Shown in pieces: positions 63,610 through 64,000 of a stretch of 64,000 bases of DNA. The position numbers and the translations under genes are program-made. Within the stretch, counting starts at the first letter, position 1, and each line of letters begins with the position of its first letter. This stretch comes from Dudresnaya verticillata (lineage: Eukaryota). The stretch is taken from NCBI GenBank assembly GCA_977862235.1, contig OZ374557.1, positions 372,001 through 436,000 on the forward strand, read 5' to 3'. The notes under the pieces are model-generated. The model ran no database searches and was not told the origin of the DNA. It was given only the letters and a program-made list of their open reading frames with translations.

Positions 63610-64000
63610 AACACGTACTAAAGACACGGGAAGTAGCGAGCTACTGAGCTCTCCTATCAGTTTGGCCGAGCGTCCCAGAGCGGAGCGGTGGCGAGCTAGA
63701 GAAGATGAGCTCGCTGTGCCGCTCCACGCACCGCCGACCCTCGGCATGTCTATTTCTCTTTCTGAAAGAGAACTACCCCCTCGCTGGGCGGAGACGACTT
63801 CTAAGCAGCACAATCAGCGTGCTTTAGAGCGACATGTCCGCAGCAGAACAAACCGACGAAGCCCCGGCGCCGGGGCCGCCCGCGCCCCTTCCTGCCCCGG
63901 TCGCGCCAGCCGCTACCCTACGTGCGGCATGGTCGACCGGGAAGCCGGAGCGCCGCGACTTCGGGGCGGTAGTGACGGAACGCAATGCGCTCAAGCTGGT
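63610..64000 (+). mobile_element. Start of the duplicated DIRS-type element
   Basis: Matches 37500-37890, including MSAAEQTDEAPAPG. Confidence 0.85.

Larger units (their letters stand above)
49114..64000 (+). repeat. Second copy of a large tandem segmental duplication (copy of 23004-37890)
   Basis: Constant 26,110-bp offset, no indels seen, roughly 27 substitutions by eye over 14.9 kb; runs off the window end. Confidence 0.98.

Overview
Eukaryotic, almost entirely transposon-derived DNA; the element types suggest a red-algal genome, which is an inference and not verified. No intact host gene, rRNA, tRNA or CRISPR is visible. In order: (1) a decayed Ty1/copia pol remnant and an inverted LTR fragment. 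(2) A ~3-12 kb block with a pseudogenised RecQ-family helicase (Cys-rich C-terminus) head-to-head with a two-ORF PIF/Harbinger-like DDE unit, flanked by two diverged, outward-facing copies of an unknown gene. (3) Four Ty3/gypsy elements: fragment D, deleted element A, structurally complete element B with 5-bp TSD, and 3'-truncated element C. A, B and C carry chromodomains and share a TGGTCTC PBS. (4) A DIRS-type element (RT, RNase H, methyltransferase-like domain; recombinase truncated). (5) A ~99.8% identical tandem duplication at offset 26,110 bp (23004-37890 = 49114-64000). Most interesting: elements A and B each carry a long antisense ORF between pol and the 3' LTR, and these two ORFs are visibly homologous proteins of unknown function. 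The RecQ + Harbinger cassette is the second candidate for an undescribed system. All alignments and counts were made by eye.
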